Below, piece by piece: positions 13,787 through 21,732 of a DNA stretch of 32,000 nt; within the stretch, counting starts at the first letter, position 1; the number at the start of each line of letters is the position of its first letter. The translations under genes were made by a program, and so were the position numbers. Where the stretch lies: contig CP010424.1 in NCBI GenBank assembly GCA_000830275.1, positions 990,001 through 1,022,000 on the forward strand, written 5' to 3'. This stretch comes from an archaeon GW2011_AR10. Its GTDB lineage: Archaea; Iainarchaeota; Iainarchaeia; Iainarchaeales; GW2011-AR10. The notes below the pieces were generated by a model. It had not been told where the DNA came from and ran no database searches. It worked only from the letters and a program-made list of their open reading frames with translations.

Positions 13787-15670
13787 TCAGCTTCTTTCAA
13801 CAGATTTTACTTCCTCCATTTTGGAGATTCCTTCAATTATTTTGTCTAGTTTACTAAGGTTGCGCAGTTTGATTTCAAAGACGCAGTTGAACATGTTGGT
13901 TTGAGTTGTTTTGACATTGGCTGAAACAATGTTTGCCTTCTGAGATGAAATAATGTTCAGTATGTCCTTCAGCAACCCAACCCTGTCTTTGCCTGTAACC
14001 TTCAACTCAACAATGTAGTCCGTACCCTGCTTGTGTTCCCATTCAACGTTTATCAGTTTTTCCGCAGGAATGCTATTGAGTTGTAGGCAGGACTTTCTGT
14101 GGACTGAGATTTTTCTCTTGGTGGTCTTAAAGCCAACGATTTCCTCCCCAAGAAGGGGGTTACAGCAATTTGCTATCCTTATCCTCTTGTCGCTTGTTTT
14201 CACTACCTGTTTTCTCAGCGGCTTGGCAGCGGTTTTCTTGGCTTGCTTTATGTTCAAGCGCTGCTTTATCTTGGCTTTTGCTTTGGATGTCTTTACAAAG
14301 CCAAGCCACTGTGTTCTTGGTTTCTGCTGCTGCGATGTGAATATTTGGACGGTGTCGCCATTTTTCAGTTCAAAGTTCAGTGGCACTGGCTTGCCGTTAA
14401 CAACTGCTCTAATGCATTTAAAACCCAGCTCAGTGTGAACTGCAAACGCAAAATCGAGCACAGTGGCCTTTTCTGGCAGCTCAATGACATCCCCCTTCGG
14501 GGTCAAAGCATAAATTGTGTTCTCAAACAGCTCAAGATTTTTCAGTTCAGAGCCTGCTCCAGGAGTCTGCCTCTGCCAGTCAATCAACTGCTTTAGCCAA
14601 GCCAGCTTTTTATCAAATTTTTCCTCTTTCTCTATTCCCTTGTAAAGCCAGTGGCCTGCAACCCCTATCTCTGCCGCATCGTTCATTTTATTTGTTCTGA
14701 TCTGGATTTCAAGTGGCATTCCGCCTGGCCCGATAACTGTTGTGTGCAGCGACTGATAGCCGTTTGGCTTTGGCTTTACAATGTAGTCGTCAAATTCTCC
14801 TGGAATAGGTTTCCAAAGGGATTGAACGATGCTTAAAACCTCGTAGCAGTCCTTAACTGTTTCGGTTATAACCCTTAGGGCAACGATGTCATAGATCTCT
14901 TCAAAGCTTTTATTTCTTGAAATCATTTTTCGGTAAATGCTGCTGATGGGCTTTGCTCTTCCAATAACTTCGATTAATGACTTGGTTTTCTGCAGTTCCT
15001 TCTCCAGAATTTTTCTCATCTTTTCTATTTCAGTTTTTCTTTCGCGCTCTTTTTTCTCTATTTTGCTAGAGATTTCCCTGAAAATTTCCGGTTTCCTGTA
15101 TTTTAGGACAAGATTATCAATGCTGGACTTAAGCGGGTAAAGGCCGACTTTTTCAGTGAAAGGAGAAATTATTTGCTCGGCTTCAATTACGCGCAATTCC
15201 TGCACCTCTGCCGGGTCATCACCCATTCCTTTTAGGTCGTCAATCCTTTCAGCTATTACGATTAGGATTAACTTAGGGTCCTTTGCTGTGGCATAAAAAA
15301 TTTTTTTGGCTGCATCTATTTTTTCTATTCTTGCCTGGTCTTTTGGCACTAAAATCCTTTCAGCGTTTCCGGCACTTACAACTAGTCCGGCAACTTCTTC
15401 GCCGAATTCTTTTTCTAGGCTCTGTTCATCGGCACCAAAGCGGACTGCATTATGTAGAAGCCCCGCAGTTATTACTTCCGGGCTTGCATGCATTTCTGTC
15501 AGGATTTTTGCAGTGCCGATATTGTGCAGCAGCGACTTTTTTTCTGAACTGCTTTTTTCCAAGACCCCTTCAAGATACGCTGCGGCCTTTCTAATTGTTC
15601 GCTCCTCTAGTTCTATTCTGTTTTCTTTAACTTTCCTGATTAAACCGTTTAGCTCTCGATCTTCTTTCAT
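13787..15670 (-). CDS. relA: Long RelA/SpoT homologue ((p)ppGpp synthetase) with degenerate hydrolase domain. Domain order: HD-like, synthetase, TGS, Cys-rich zinc-finger domain, ACT
   Basis: Synthetase motifs are YRKMISRNKSFEEIYDIVALRVI, KPNGYQSLHTTV and EIQIRTNKMNDAAEIGVAGHWLYK. TGS is IYALTPKGDVIELPEKATVLDFAFAVH...NGDTVQI. The Cys-rich domain is ANCCNPLLGEEIVGF...SVHRKSC. ACT is VELKVTGKDRVGLLKDILNII. The N-terminal HD region reads GLLHNAVRFG where canonical enzymes have LLHDvvEDT. Confidence 0.9.
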   Translation of the reverse strand: MKEDRELNGLIRKVKENRIELEERTIRKAAAYLEGVLEKSSSEKKSLLHNIGTAKILTEMHASPEVITAGLLHNAVRFGADEQSLEKEFGEEVAGLVVSAGNAERILVPKDQARIEKIDAAKKIFYATAKDPKLILIVIAERIDDLKGMGDDPAEVQELRVIEAEQIISPFTEKVGLYPLKSSIDNLVLKYRKPEIFREISSKIEKKERERKTEIEKMRKILEKELQKTKSLIEVIGRAKPISSIYRKMISRNKSFEEIYDIVALRVITETVKDCYEVLSIVQSLWKPIPGEFDDYIVKPKPNGYQSLHTTVIGPGGMPLEIQIRTNKMNDAAEIGVAGHWLYKGIEKEEKFDKKLAWLKQLIDWQRQTPGAGSELKNLELFENTIYALTPKGDVIELPEKATVLDFAFAVHTELGFKCIRAVVNGKPVPLNFELKNGDTVQIFTSQQQKPRTQWLGFVKTSKAKAKIKQRLNIKQAKKTAAKPLRKQVVKTSDKRIRIANCCNPLLGEEIVGFKTTKRKISVHRKSCLQLNSIPAEKLINVEWEHKQGTDYIVELKVTGKDRVGLLKDILNIISSQKANIVSANVKTTQTNMFNCVFEIKLRNLSKLDKIIEGISKMEEVKSVERS

Positions 15671-15769
15671 TTCATCTAAAGAATTCTTTCACGACAGTAT
15701 TTTAGGAATTATGCCCCTGTTGCAAAAGACTTAAATATGTCTTAATAGTTTATTTAAGTCAGGTGATTC

Positions 15770-15927
15770 CGCCATTTTTTAAATGGCGGGTTTAATGGAA
15801 TTCGTTACTGTCAAACAACACTTTGTCAAAAAGAAAACAGGTGTTTTTATTTCACTTGACAAAGTGTTGAACCATGTGCTTCATTCATAATCTTTACGCC
15901 CGCCACCCAACTTATTGGGTGGTTTTC
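15770..15927 (+). ncRNA. Structured intergenic element (three strong hairpins, the last followed by a T run). Candidate small RNA or corA-proximal regulatory RNA; strand assignment is tentative
   Basis: Hairpin 1 is CCGCCATTT-TTT-AAATGGCGG (15770-15790, 9 bp). Hairpin 2 is a perfect 14-bp inverted repeat, CAACACTTTGTCAA (15817-15830) with TTGACAAAGTGTTG (15857-15870), enclosing the sub-hairpin AAAACA-GG-TGTTTT. Hairpin 3 is CCACCCAA-CTTA-TTGGGTGG (15904-15923) followed by TTTT. Confidence 0.35.
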
Positions 15928-15951
15928 GAAATAAAAATTTGGTTGGTTTAA

Positions 15952-16914
15952 ATGTTTAAACAGATATCTTATGGCGAGAGAGAGAACCTTGTTTCTGTTT
16001 CTAAGGATGAATTAGAGAAAACCCTGCACAAGCAGCAATTTGTTTGGGTTGATTTGGAAAAACCAACACAGGAGGACCTTGATTTTTTGAATAAGCTTAT
16101 TAACCTGCATCCGCTTTCAATCGAAGAAACCCTTGCTTCTAATAAGCGGCAGAAGTTCAGGGAATTCCCGGACTATGTTTTCTTGGTTTTTCATGAGAGC
16201 CTCTTTGATGGCACAAAATTTTCTGAGGTAGAGCTGGATGTTTTTTTAGGAAAAAACTTTGTAATAACGGCTTATGCTGAAAAATCCAAATCACTTGAAG
16301 AATTGAAGGCGCGCTACAAAAAACAGCCGCGGCTTTTTGAGAAGGGGTCTGTTTTTTTTCTTTACCTGCTTTTTGATTCAATAGTTGAAAACTATTTTCC
16401 AATAATTGAGAAACTTTCTGATTCTGTTGAGAAAGTGGAAACGGAAATATTTTCTAAAGCCGATAAAAAAACATTGAGCCGGCTATTCACATTAAAGAAA
16501 AACCTCCTGAAAATGCGCAGGAAAATTAACCCTCAGAGAGATATCATTACAAAGCTTGCAAGCTCTGGAAGCGAATTTATCTCCAGCGAATACATACTTT
16601 ACTTTAAGGGCATTGAGGACAGGCTCATCAGAATATCTGAAATTATTGACACTTACCGTGAAATTGTCGCTGATGCAAGGGATGCCCACCTTTCCATGGT
16701 ATCAAACAAGCTGAGCGAAATAATGAAGCTTCTCACTATTATTGCAACAATAATTCTGCCTTTGACTCTTGTAACAGGGTTTTATGGGATGAATGTTTCT
16801 TTTGTTGAATATGATCTTTTCGGGCAGCGCGGCACCTATTTATTTGCTTTGGCTGTGATAGCTATCATAGCAACTACAATGATTTATTATTTCAAGAAGA
16901 ATGGCTGGATATAA
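15952..16914 (+). CDS. corA: CorA-family Mg2+/Co2+ transporter
   Basis: YGMN signature (VTGFYGMNVSF) lies between two C-terminal TM helices. The cytoplasmic N-terminal domain is of typical size, giving 320 aa. Confidence 0.9.
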   Translation: MFKQISYGERENLVSVSKDELEKTLHKQQFVWVDLEKPTQEDLDFLNKLINLHPLSIEETLASNKRQKFREFPDYVFLVFHESLFDGTKFSEVELDVFLGKNFVITAYAEKSKSLEELKARYKKQPRLFEKGSVFFLYLLFDSIVENYFPIIEKLSDSVEKVETEIFSKADKKTLSRLFTLKKNLLKMRRKINPQRDIITKLASSGSEFISSEYILYFKGIEDRLIRISEIIDTYREIVADARDAHLSMVSNKLSEIMKLLTIIATIILPLTLVTGFYGMNVSFVEYDLFGQRGTYLFALAVIAIIATTMIYYFKKNGWI

Positions 16915-16987
16915 TGTGTGTTTGGTGCAACGCTTGTTTGTAATGCTTAGAAGCCTTTAAATGGTTTTCTTGGATTAATTAATTTGT

Positions 16988-17656
16988 ATGCAGCCAATCC
17001 TTTTCCTTAATTTTAAGTTATTTGAAGAGGGTACTGGCTCTAAAGCAGTTTCTTTGGCAAAGCTATGTGAAAGGGCTGCATCTGAAACCAATTCAAAGAT
17101 TGTTTTGGTTGTTCAGCCAACTGAGCTCTCCTTGATTGCCTCAAAAACAAGGTTGGATGTTTTTTCGCAGCACCTTGATGGCATTGACTTTGGTTCCAGT
17201 GTTGGAAAAATTTTGCCTGAAGCAGTAAAGAGAGCAGGCGCAAAAGGCGCAATAGTTAACCATGCTGCTTTCAAGGTTTCAAACGAGCACGTGCAAAAAG
17301 CTGTTGCGAGAGCAAAGCAGGTTGGGCTAAAACTTATGGTTTGTGCTGAAACAACTGAGAGAGCAGTGGAAGTAGCTGTTTTCGGCCCTGATTTTATTGC
17401 AATTGAACCGCCAGAGCTTATTGGTGGAACGGTTTCAGTCTCAACTGCCAAGCCACAAATAATCAGTGAGGCTGTTAAGGCAATTCAAAAAGTTGACAAA
17501 AAAATTAAAGTGATTACTGGTGCAGGCATTAAAACAACTGATGACGTTAGAAAAGCAATTGAGCTTGGGACTGCTGGAGTTTTTGTTTCTTCAGGAATAG
17601 TAAAAGCCAAAAACCAGAAAAAAGCCCTTAAAGAAATTCTTGCCGGCTTCAAATAA
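16988..17656 (+). CDS. tpiA: Triosephosphate isomerase, short archaeal type
   Basis: At 222 aa it has N-terminal LNFKLFEEGTG (catalytic Lys), VNHAA (catalytic His), the archaeal AIEPPELIGG motif (catalytic Glu) and the GAGI phosphate-binding loop. Confidence 0.8.
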   Translation: MQPILFLNFKLFEEGTGSKAVSLAKLCERAASETNSKIVLVVQPTELSLIASKTRLDVFSQHLDGIDFGSSVGKILPEAVKRAGAKGAIVNHAAFKVSNEHVQKAVARAKQVGLKLMVCAETTERAVEVAVFGPDFIAIEPPELIGGTVSVSTAKPQIISEAVKAIQKVDKKIKVITGAGIKTTDDVRKAIELGTAGVFVSSGIVKAKNQKKALKEILAGFK

Positions 17657-17663
17657 GCATGCA

Positions 17664-17879
17664 TTAAATCGGAATGTTTGAAGGCTCGCTGTTCTCTTCC
17701 GGAATTTCTGGAATCGGAATGTTATCAGCACTCTGCTCTAGCGCAAGGCATTCTTCCAGTGATGGAGCAGTGCCGCCGCCAGGGCAGTCAACCTGCTGAG
17801 GCGGGTTTTCAGTTGTGCAACCAGCAAGCAAAATCAGAAGTATTGCGGCAGAAGCCAAAAACAAACTTGTTTTACTCAT
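17664..17879 (-). CDS. Small secreted protein with a lipobox-like signal peptide
   Basis: MSKTSLFLASAAILLILLAGCTT is followed by a short acidic/Pro-rich mature part with one Cys pair (DCPGGGTAPSLEEC). Its start overlaps the stop of the upstream 938-aa gene by 8 nt, which suggests co-translation. Confidence 0.5.
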   Translation of the reverse strand: MSKTSLFLASAAILLILLAGCTTENPPQQVDCPGGGTAPSLEECLALEQSADNIPIPEIPEENSEPSNIPI

Positions 17880-20688
17880 TTGTTTCTCCCCCTATGTTCG
17901 GAAGTGTTGGCGACAATGGTACTTCTTCTTCGCCTAAAGTGCATGCATTCAATGAATAAACTGCAAAGCCTTTCCCTAGGTCCGACTCATTGATTTGCCT
18001 GTTGAAAGCGTTAACCCATGTGTTGCCTGCTGCATTGAAAGTGTAAGCCGCCTTTAAATTACAGCTGCCAATGTCGTTAATATTCTTTCCAATCATTTCA
18101 GGCACTACTGCCACAAAGTTCCACCCTGTTCCTAACCCCTCTAATTCTTCCAGCCCGATTGGTTCTCTTACAGTTACTTTTGCCTCGCAGCTTTTTCCCG
18201 GGTTGTAAAGCCAGTATGCCTTGCCTGCTTTTGCTTCACTTACTTTTCTGAAAGAATTGCTTTCCCTGTCATACTCCAGCAGGGTCCACTCGCTTGAGTT
18301 GCAGCTGTTTCTCTCAGCCTCAATTTCTCCAGGCAAGGAGAAAAGGTTCCATCCCTTTGAAACAACGTAATTGAATGTAATTCCTGTTGACTTTTTCTTT
18401 ACAATGAATTTTGCTTCACTGCTTCCAATGCTTAAAACCTTTATTTCAAAGTCGTTTACCTCAACGCTTTCGCCTTCTCTTAAGGTGAAAACCTCAAATG
18501 GCTTCGGCGGCACCAGTATCTCAATAGCTTCTTGTCGAGCTTCTTCAACTACGATGCTTTCAGTGGAAACCCCAGTAACTTCTCCTGCAGCACTTTTTTC
18601 AGCGATGTCAGTGGTTGAAACAACAGTGCTTTCAATTCTTTCCTTTTCCACTTTTTCTCCAACTGCTGTTTCTCCGCTCAAGTAACCGCTAACGCTTATT
18701 TCAACGAATTTGTCCTCGGTGCATGAATATGTGTCGGTTGTTGTTTCAGTTGTTTCTTCCCCTGCCATCCCGATATCTGGGCAGGCAACCATGCTTGCAA
18801 CTTTTAAGAGTTCCATTCTGATGTTTGCTTCAAGAACTCTCGCAACCTGGTTTTCGCTTAAGCTGAACGGCTCATTTACATGGACATTAATAATGGATGT
18901 GCCCTTTTTTGTCACTATAAATGCTGCTTCTCCGGCTCCTACTTCCAATGCCTTAATTTTTACGCCATAGAGGTCAAGCTCTTCCCCTGCCCTTAAACCG
19001 TATTCGGCAACAAGTTTTTTCTCAATCTCATCTTCATACACAATAAATTCTTTCCAAACGCTGATGTATGCAATGTTTTGCGGGGGATTCGATTTCAAGA
19101 TGGCTATATTATTCAGCCTGATGTAGAGGTCTTCTTCTACAACCAACGCAGTCTGCTTTTCTCCCAGCTCAAATTTCTCATTAATCCTAACCTTGATTAA
19201 TCTTTCTGACAGGCCTTCCCTTACAACGAAAACCCCAAAGCCATCCTCATAGTCTGCAAACCTAATGTAGTACCCTTGGAACGGCACTTCCTCTCCCTCA
19301 TAAATTTTTAATAAGGCCGCACCACTGCCGCCGCCACTTTCATAATTTGCCTTGGTTGAAGCTGTCACGCTTGCAATCACCCTGCTATCGCACCTTGAAA
19401 CATAATTCTCAGAGGAAGCTGTGCATCCCATTAAAACAAAATCATTTAGTGTCAGCTTCATTACTTCTTCGTTCTTTGAAAGAATTATTGCTGTCTGCTC
19501 TTCTTTCAGCTTAAACTTTTCATTCAGGTATGCCCTTATTGTTTCAGGAGACGTTTTTTTGGTTACAGAGAAAACCCCTGTTTCTCCTGTGAGCTCTAAT
19601 GCTGATATTGCGTGCCCGAAAACCTCTGCGGTTTCATTTGCATGCAAATAAATGGTTTTCCCGGTTCCTGCTGCAATTGTTTTTTGCAAAACCGCTGAGT
19701 CAGTGGTTGCAATAACCCCTGCAGCGCCACTGCCTGAAGCTGCTGAACTTTCCTCATAGTAGTAAGGAACTAAAATGTCTAAAGCCACAAAGTAGGTTCC
19801 TTCAGGGCATGAACCACTGTTGTCAGCTGTTATGCAGTAGATTTTATCCTGCCCTATGGTCCTCAAGTAAATGTTCAACCCGGTTTCCTTTACAATTGCT
19901 CTTTGCTTTTCCAGCAGCTCAAATTTTTCGTTTAAGCCCACATAAATTGTTTCAGGAAGCGTTTCCTTTTCCTTCACCACAAACGCGCCGTAAGATGCTG
20001 AAGTCGCTTCATTGAAGTAAACCAAATATTTTCCAATTGCTGCAGATTCCTCTTCTTTGATTGTTAGTTCAGCGATTTCTGCCGGGTCTCCAGCAGTAGT
20101 GGAAGCAGTAACCGAAGCATAAACTGCTTTGCCTGTGTCAACCAGTTTGTTCAAAGTCATTTTTACAACTGTTTCTCCTTTCTTTTGCACTAACGCGGTT
20201 CCAAGAACCGAAAGCTTGAATTCTTCCCCCAGCTCAGCGATTACTGTTTCTTTCACTGGTTTTGAAACAATAAATGTGGCATAATCTGGCTCAAGTGAGA
20301 ACTCGTAGTCTCCTTTGAAGATGCCTGTGTTGGTTAACTTTAACCCAAATACTTCCTCGCTTGCTCCTTCGGTTAAATGCACTTTTGTCTGCGCCCAAAC
20401 ACGTGTTTCCTCAGAGCCATAAAGCTTGCTTACAAGAAGATTAACTGATGACACAACAGCAATGCACGGCTGCCCTTCGCTGCATTCTGGTGCAGGGTAA
20501 ATGCTGCTTGCTTCAATCAAAACATGCTCGCTTTCAAGGTTTACTGCCTGTCCTGCGTATAACTTGAACTCTTCATCCAGTTCGATTGGGATTTCCCTTA
20601 CAAGCGAGAAAGCAAAGGCATCGAATGCTTGGGCAAACACAAGTGCCAGCACAAACAGGGAAAACAAAAGATGCTTCTTTTGAATCAT
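17872..20688 (-). CDS. Large secreted protein built from six copies of an unrecognised ~100-130 aa module plus a distinct C-terminal domain
   Basis: Signal peptide is LLFSLFVLALVFAQAFDAFA. Module starts are IELDEEFKLYAGQA, IAELGEEFKLSVLGTALV, VGLNEKFELLEKQRAIV, AYLNEKFKLKEEQTAII, VRINEKFELGEKQTALV and VHVNEPFSLSENQVARV. Module ends are ATFIVSKP, GAFVVKEK, GVFSVTKK, GVFVVRE, AAFIVTKK and AKFIVKKK. Confidence 0.75.
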   Translation of the reverse strand: MIQKKHLLFSLFVLALVFAQAFDAFAFSLVREIPIELDEEFKLYAGQAVNLESEHVLIEASSIYPAPECSEGQPCIAVVSSVNLLVSKLYGSEETRVWAQTKVHLTEGASEEVFGLKLTNTGIFKGDYEFSLEPDYATFIVSKPVKETVIAELGEEFKLSVLGTALVQKKGETVVKMTLNKLVDTGKAVYASVTASTTAGDPAEIAELTIKEEESAAIGKYLVYFNEATSASYGAFVVKEKETLPETIYVGLNEKFELLEKQRAIVKETGLNIYLRTIGQDKIYCITADNSGSCPEGTYFVALDILVPYYYEESSAASGSGAAGVIATTDSAVLQKTIAAGTGKTIYLHANETAEVFGHAISALELTGETGVFSVTKKTSPETIRAYLNEKFKLKEEQTAIILSKNEEVMKLTLNDFVLMGCTASSENYVSRCDSRVIASVTASTKANYESGGGSGAALLKIYEGEEVPFQGYYIRFADYEDGFGVFVVREGLSERLIKVRINEKFELGEKQTALVVEEDLYIRLNNIAILKSNPPQNIAYISVWKEFIVYEDEIEKKLVAEYGLRAGEELDLYGVKIKALEVGAGEAAFIVTKKGTSIINVHVNEPFSLSENQVARVLEANIRMELLKVASMVACPDIGMAGEETTETTTDTYSCTEDKFVEISVSGYLSGETAVGEKVEKERIESTVVSTTDIAEKSAAGEVTGVSTESIVVEEARQEAIEILVPPKPFEVFTLREGESVEVNDFEIKVLSIGSSEAKFIVKKKSTGITFNYVVSKGWNLFSLPGEIEAERNSCNSSEWTLLEYDRESNSFRKVSEAKAGKAYWLYNPGKSCEAKVTVREPIGLEELEGLGTGWNFVAVVPEMIGKNINDIGSCNLKAAYTFNAAGNTWVNAFNRQINESDLGKGFAVYSLNACTLGEEEVPLSPTLPNIGGETNE

Positions 20689-20725
20689 ACCCTCACATTA
20701 TGCTTTACTAGTTTAAATATTTTTG

Positions 20726-20801
20726 TTTTTGTTAGGGAAAAGCCTAACAGCCAAAAATCAGTTTTTTTGTTAGGGAAAAGCCTAACAGCCAAAAATCAGT
20801 T
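20726..20801. repeat. Perfect tandem direct repeat, 2 x 38 bp, each unit containing a 6-bp hairpin or palindrome. Candidate operator pair in a divergent promoter region
   Basis: TTTTTGTTAGGGAAAAGCCTAACAGCCAAAAATCAGTT is read identically at 20726-20763 and 20764-20801. GTTAGG/CCTAAC forms an inverted repeat in each unit. TATA-like elements flank it: TTTAAATAT at 20712-20720 and GTATTTAATT near 20824-20833. Confidence 0.9.
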
Positions 20802-20858
20802 CGCCAAGTTTTTTTACTGCAAAAGTATTTAATTGTTTGCAAGGAAGCAATAGGTAAC

Positions 20859-21521
20859 ATGAGCAAGTTGCGTGAAATGCGTTCAGTTCAGCAAGAAAAA
20901 AAGGGTTTTGACTGGACTTATGTTGCAATAGCAGTGGTTGTTGGCTTGGCTCTTTTTTCTGTCTACTTTATTTTTTTCCAGCCCTCCCCTAATGGCCAGG
21001 CTGTTGGTAATACCGCCGGAATTGAGGATGATGACCCATTCAAGGGCGGGGTTAATGCCCCAGTTACTATTGTTGAGTTCTCTGATTTCCAGTGCCCTGC
21101 CTGTGCTGCAGCAGCTCCAACAGTTAAGAGGATAGCTGAGGCGTATGGCGACAAAGTAAAAATAGTTTACCGTGATTTCCCATTAATCAACACTCACCCA
21201 TTTGCCCAGAAGGCAGCTGAGGCAGCTGAGTGCGCTGACGAGCAGGGCAAGTTCTGGGAAATGCATGATGTGCTCTTCCAAAACCAGCAGAGTTTAGGCG
21301 TGCCTGCATTAAAGCAGTACGCTGTTGAGCTCGACCTTAACCAGGAACAGTTCAACTCATGCCTTGATTCCAGCAAATACGCTGCAGAAGTGGCTTCAGA
21401 TGAATCTGCTGGAATTTCTCTTGGGGTGAGGGGAACTCCAACCTTCTTCATAAACGGAGTGCGATACAGCAACATGTCGTTTGAGCAATTCAAGGCTGTT
21501 ATTGACCCTCTGTTGGGTTAG
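20859..21521 (+). CDS. Membrane-anchored DsbA-family thiol:disulfide oxidoreductase (paralogue 1)
   Basis: N-terminal TM is WTYVAIAVVVGLALFSVYFIFF. The thioredoxin-fold active site is FSDFQCPACAAA and the cis-Pro loop is VRGTPTFFING. Confidence 0.8.
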   Translation: MSKLREMRSVQQEKKGFDWTYVAIAVVVGLALFSVYFIFFQPSPNGQAVGNTAGIEDDDPFKGGVNAPVTIVEFSDFQCPACAAAAPTVKRIAEAYGDKVKIVYRDFPLINTHPFAQKAAEAAECADEQGKFWEMHDVLFQNQQSLGVPALKQYAVELDLNQEQFNSCLDSSKYAAEVASDESAGISLGVRGTPTFFINGVRYSNMSFEQFKAVIDPLLG

Positions 21522-21732
21522 CCCCCAAAATCATTGAATTAACTTTTTCACGTTAAAAGAAAGGTTTTTATACTGTTTTTTGCCCATTTTAATTAAACCA
21601 ATTGCATAAACATTTTTTTTGAATGGTTAAAATTTAAGGTTAAATTATACTTTTCACTAATAAAAAATAAGTGTTTTTAAACATTTGCCAAATGAATTTA
21701 ATGAATTGCAATTAAAACCGAGGTGTAAATTA

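Noticed and set aside
15740-15951. M-box (ykoK) Mg2+ riboswitch upstream of corA.
   Set aside because: The element has three simple hairpins rather than the multi-helix M-box architecture as I remember it, and M-box is a bacterial class. I kept it only as an unclassified structured element.
17872-20688. Diversity-generating retroelement target, or another hypervariable system acting on the repeat-module surface protein.
   Set aside because: No reverse transcriptase ORF is present, and I could not find a template/variable repeat pair with adenine-specific mismatches in the window.
20726-20801. Possible CRISPR array.
   Set aside because: There are only two repeat units, directly abutting with no spacer, and no cas genes in the window. 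It is treated as a tandem regulatory repeat instead.
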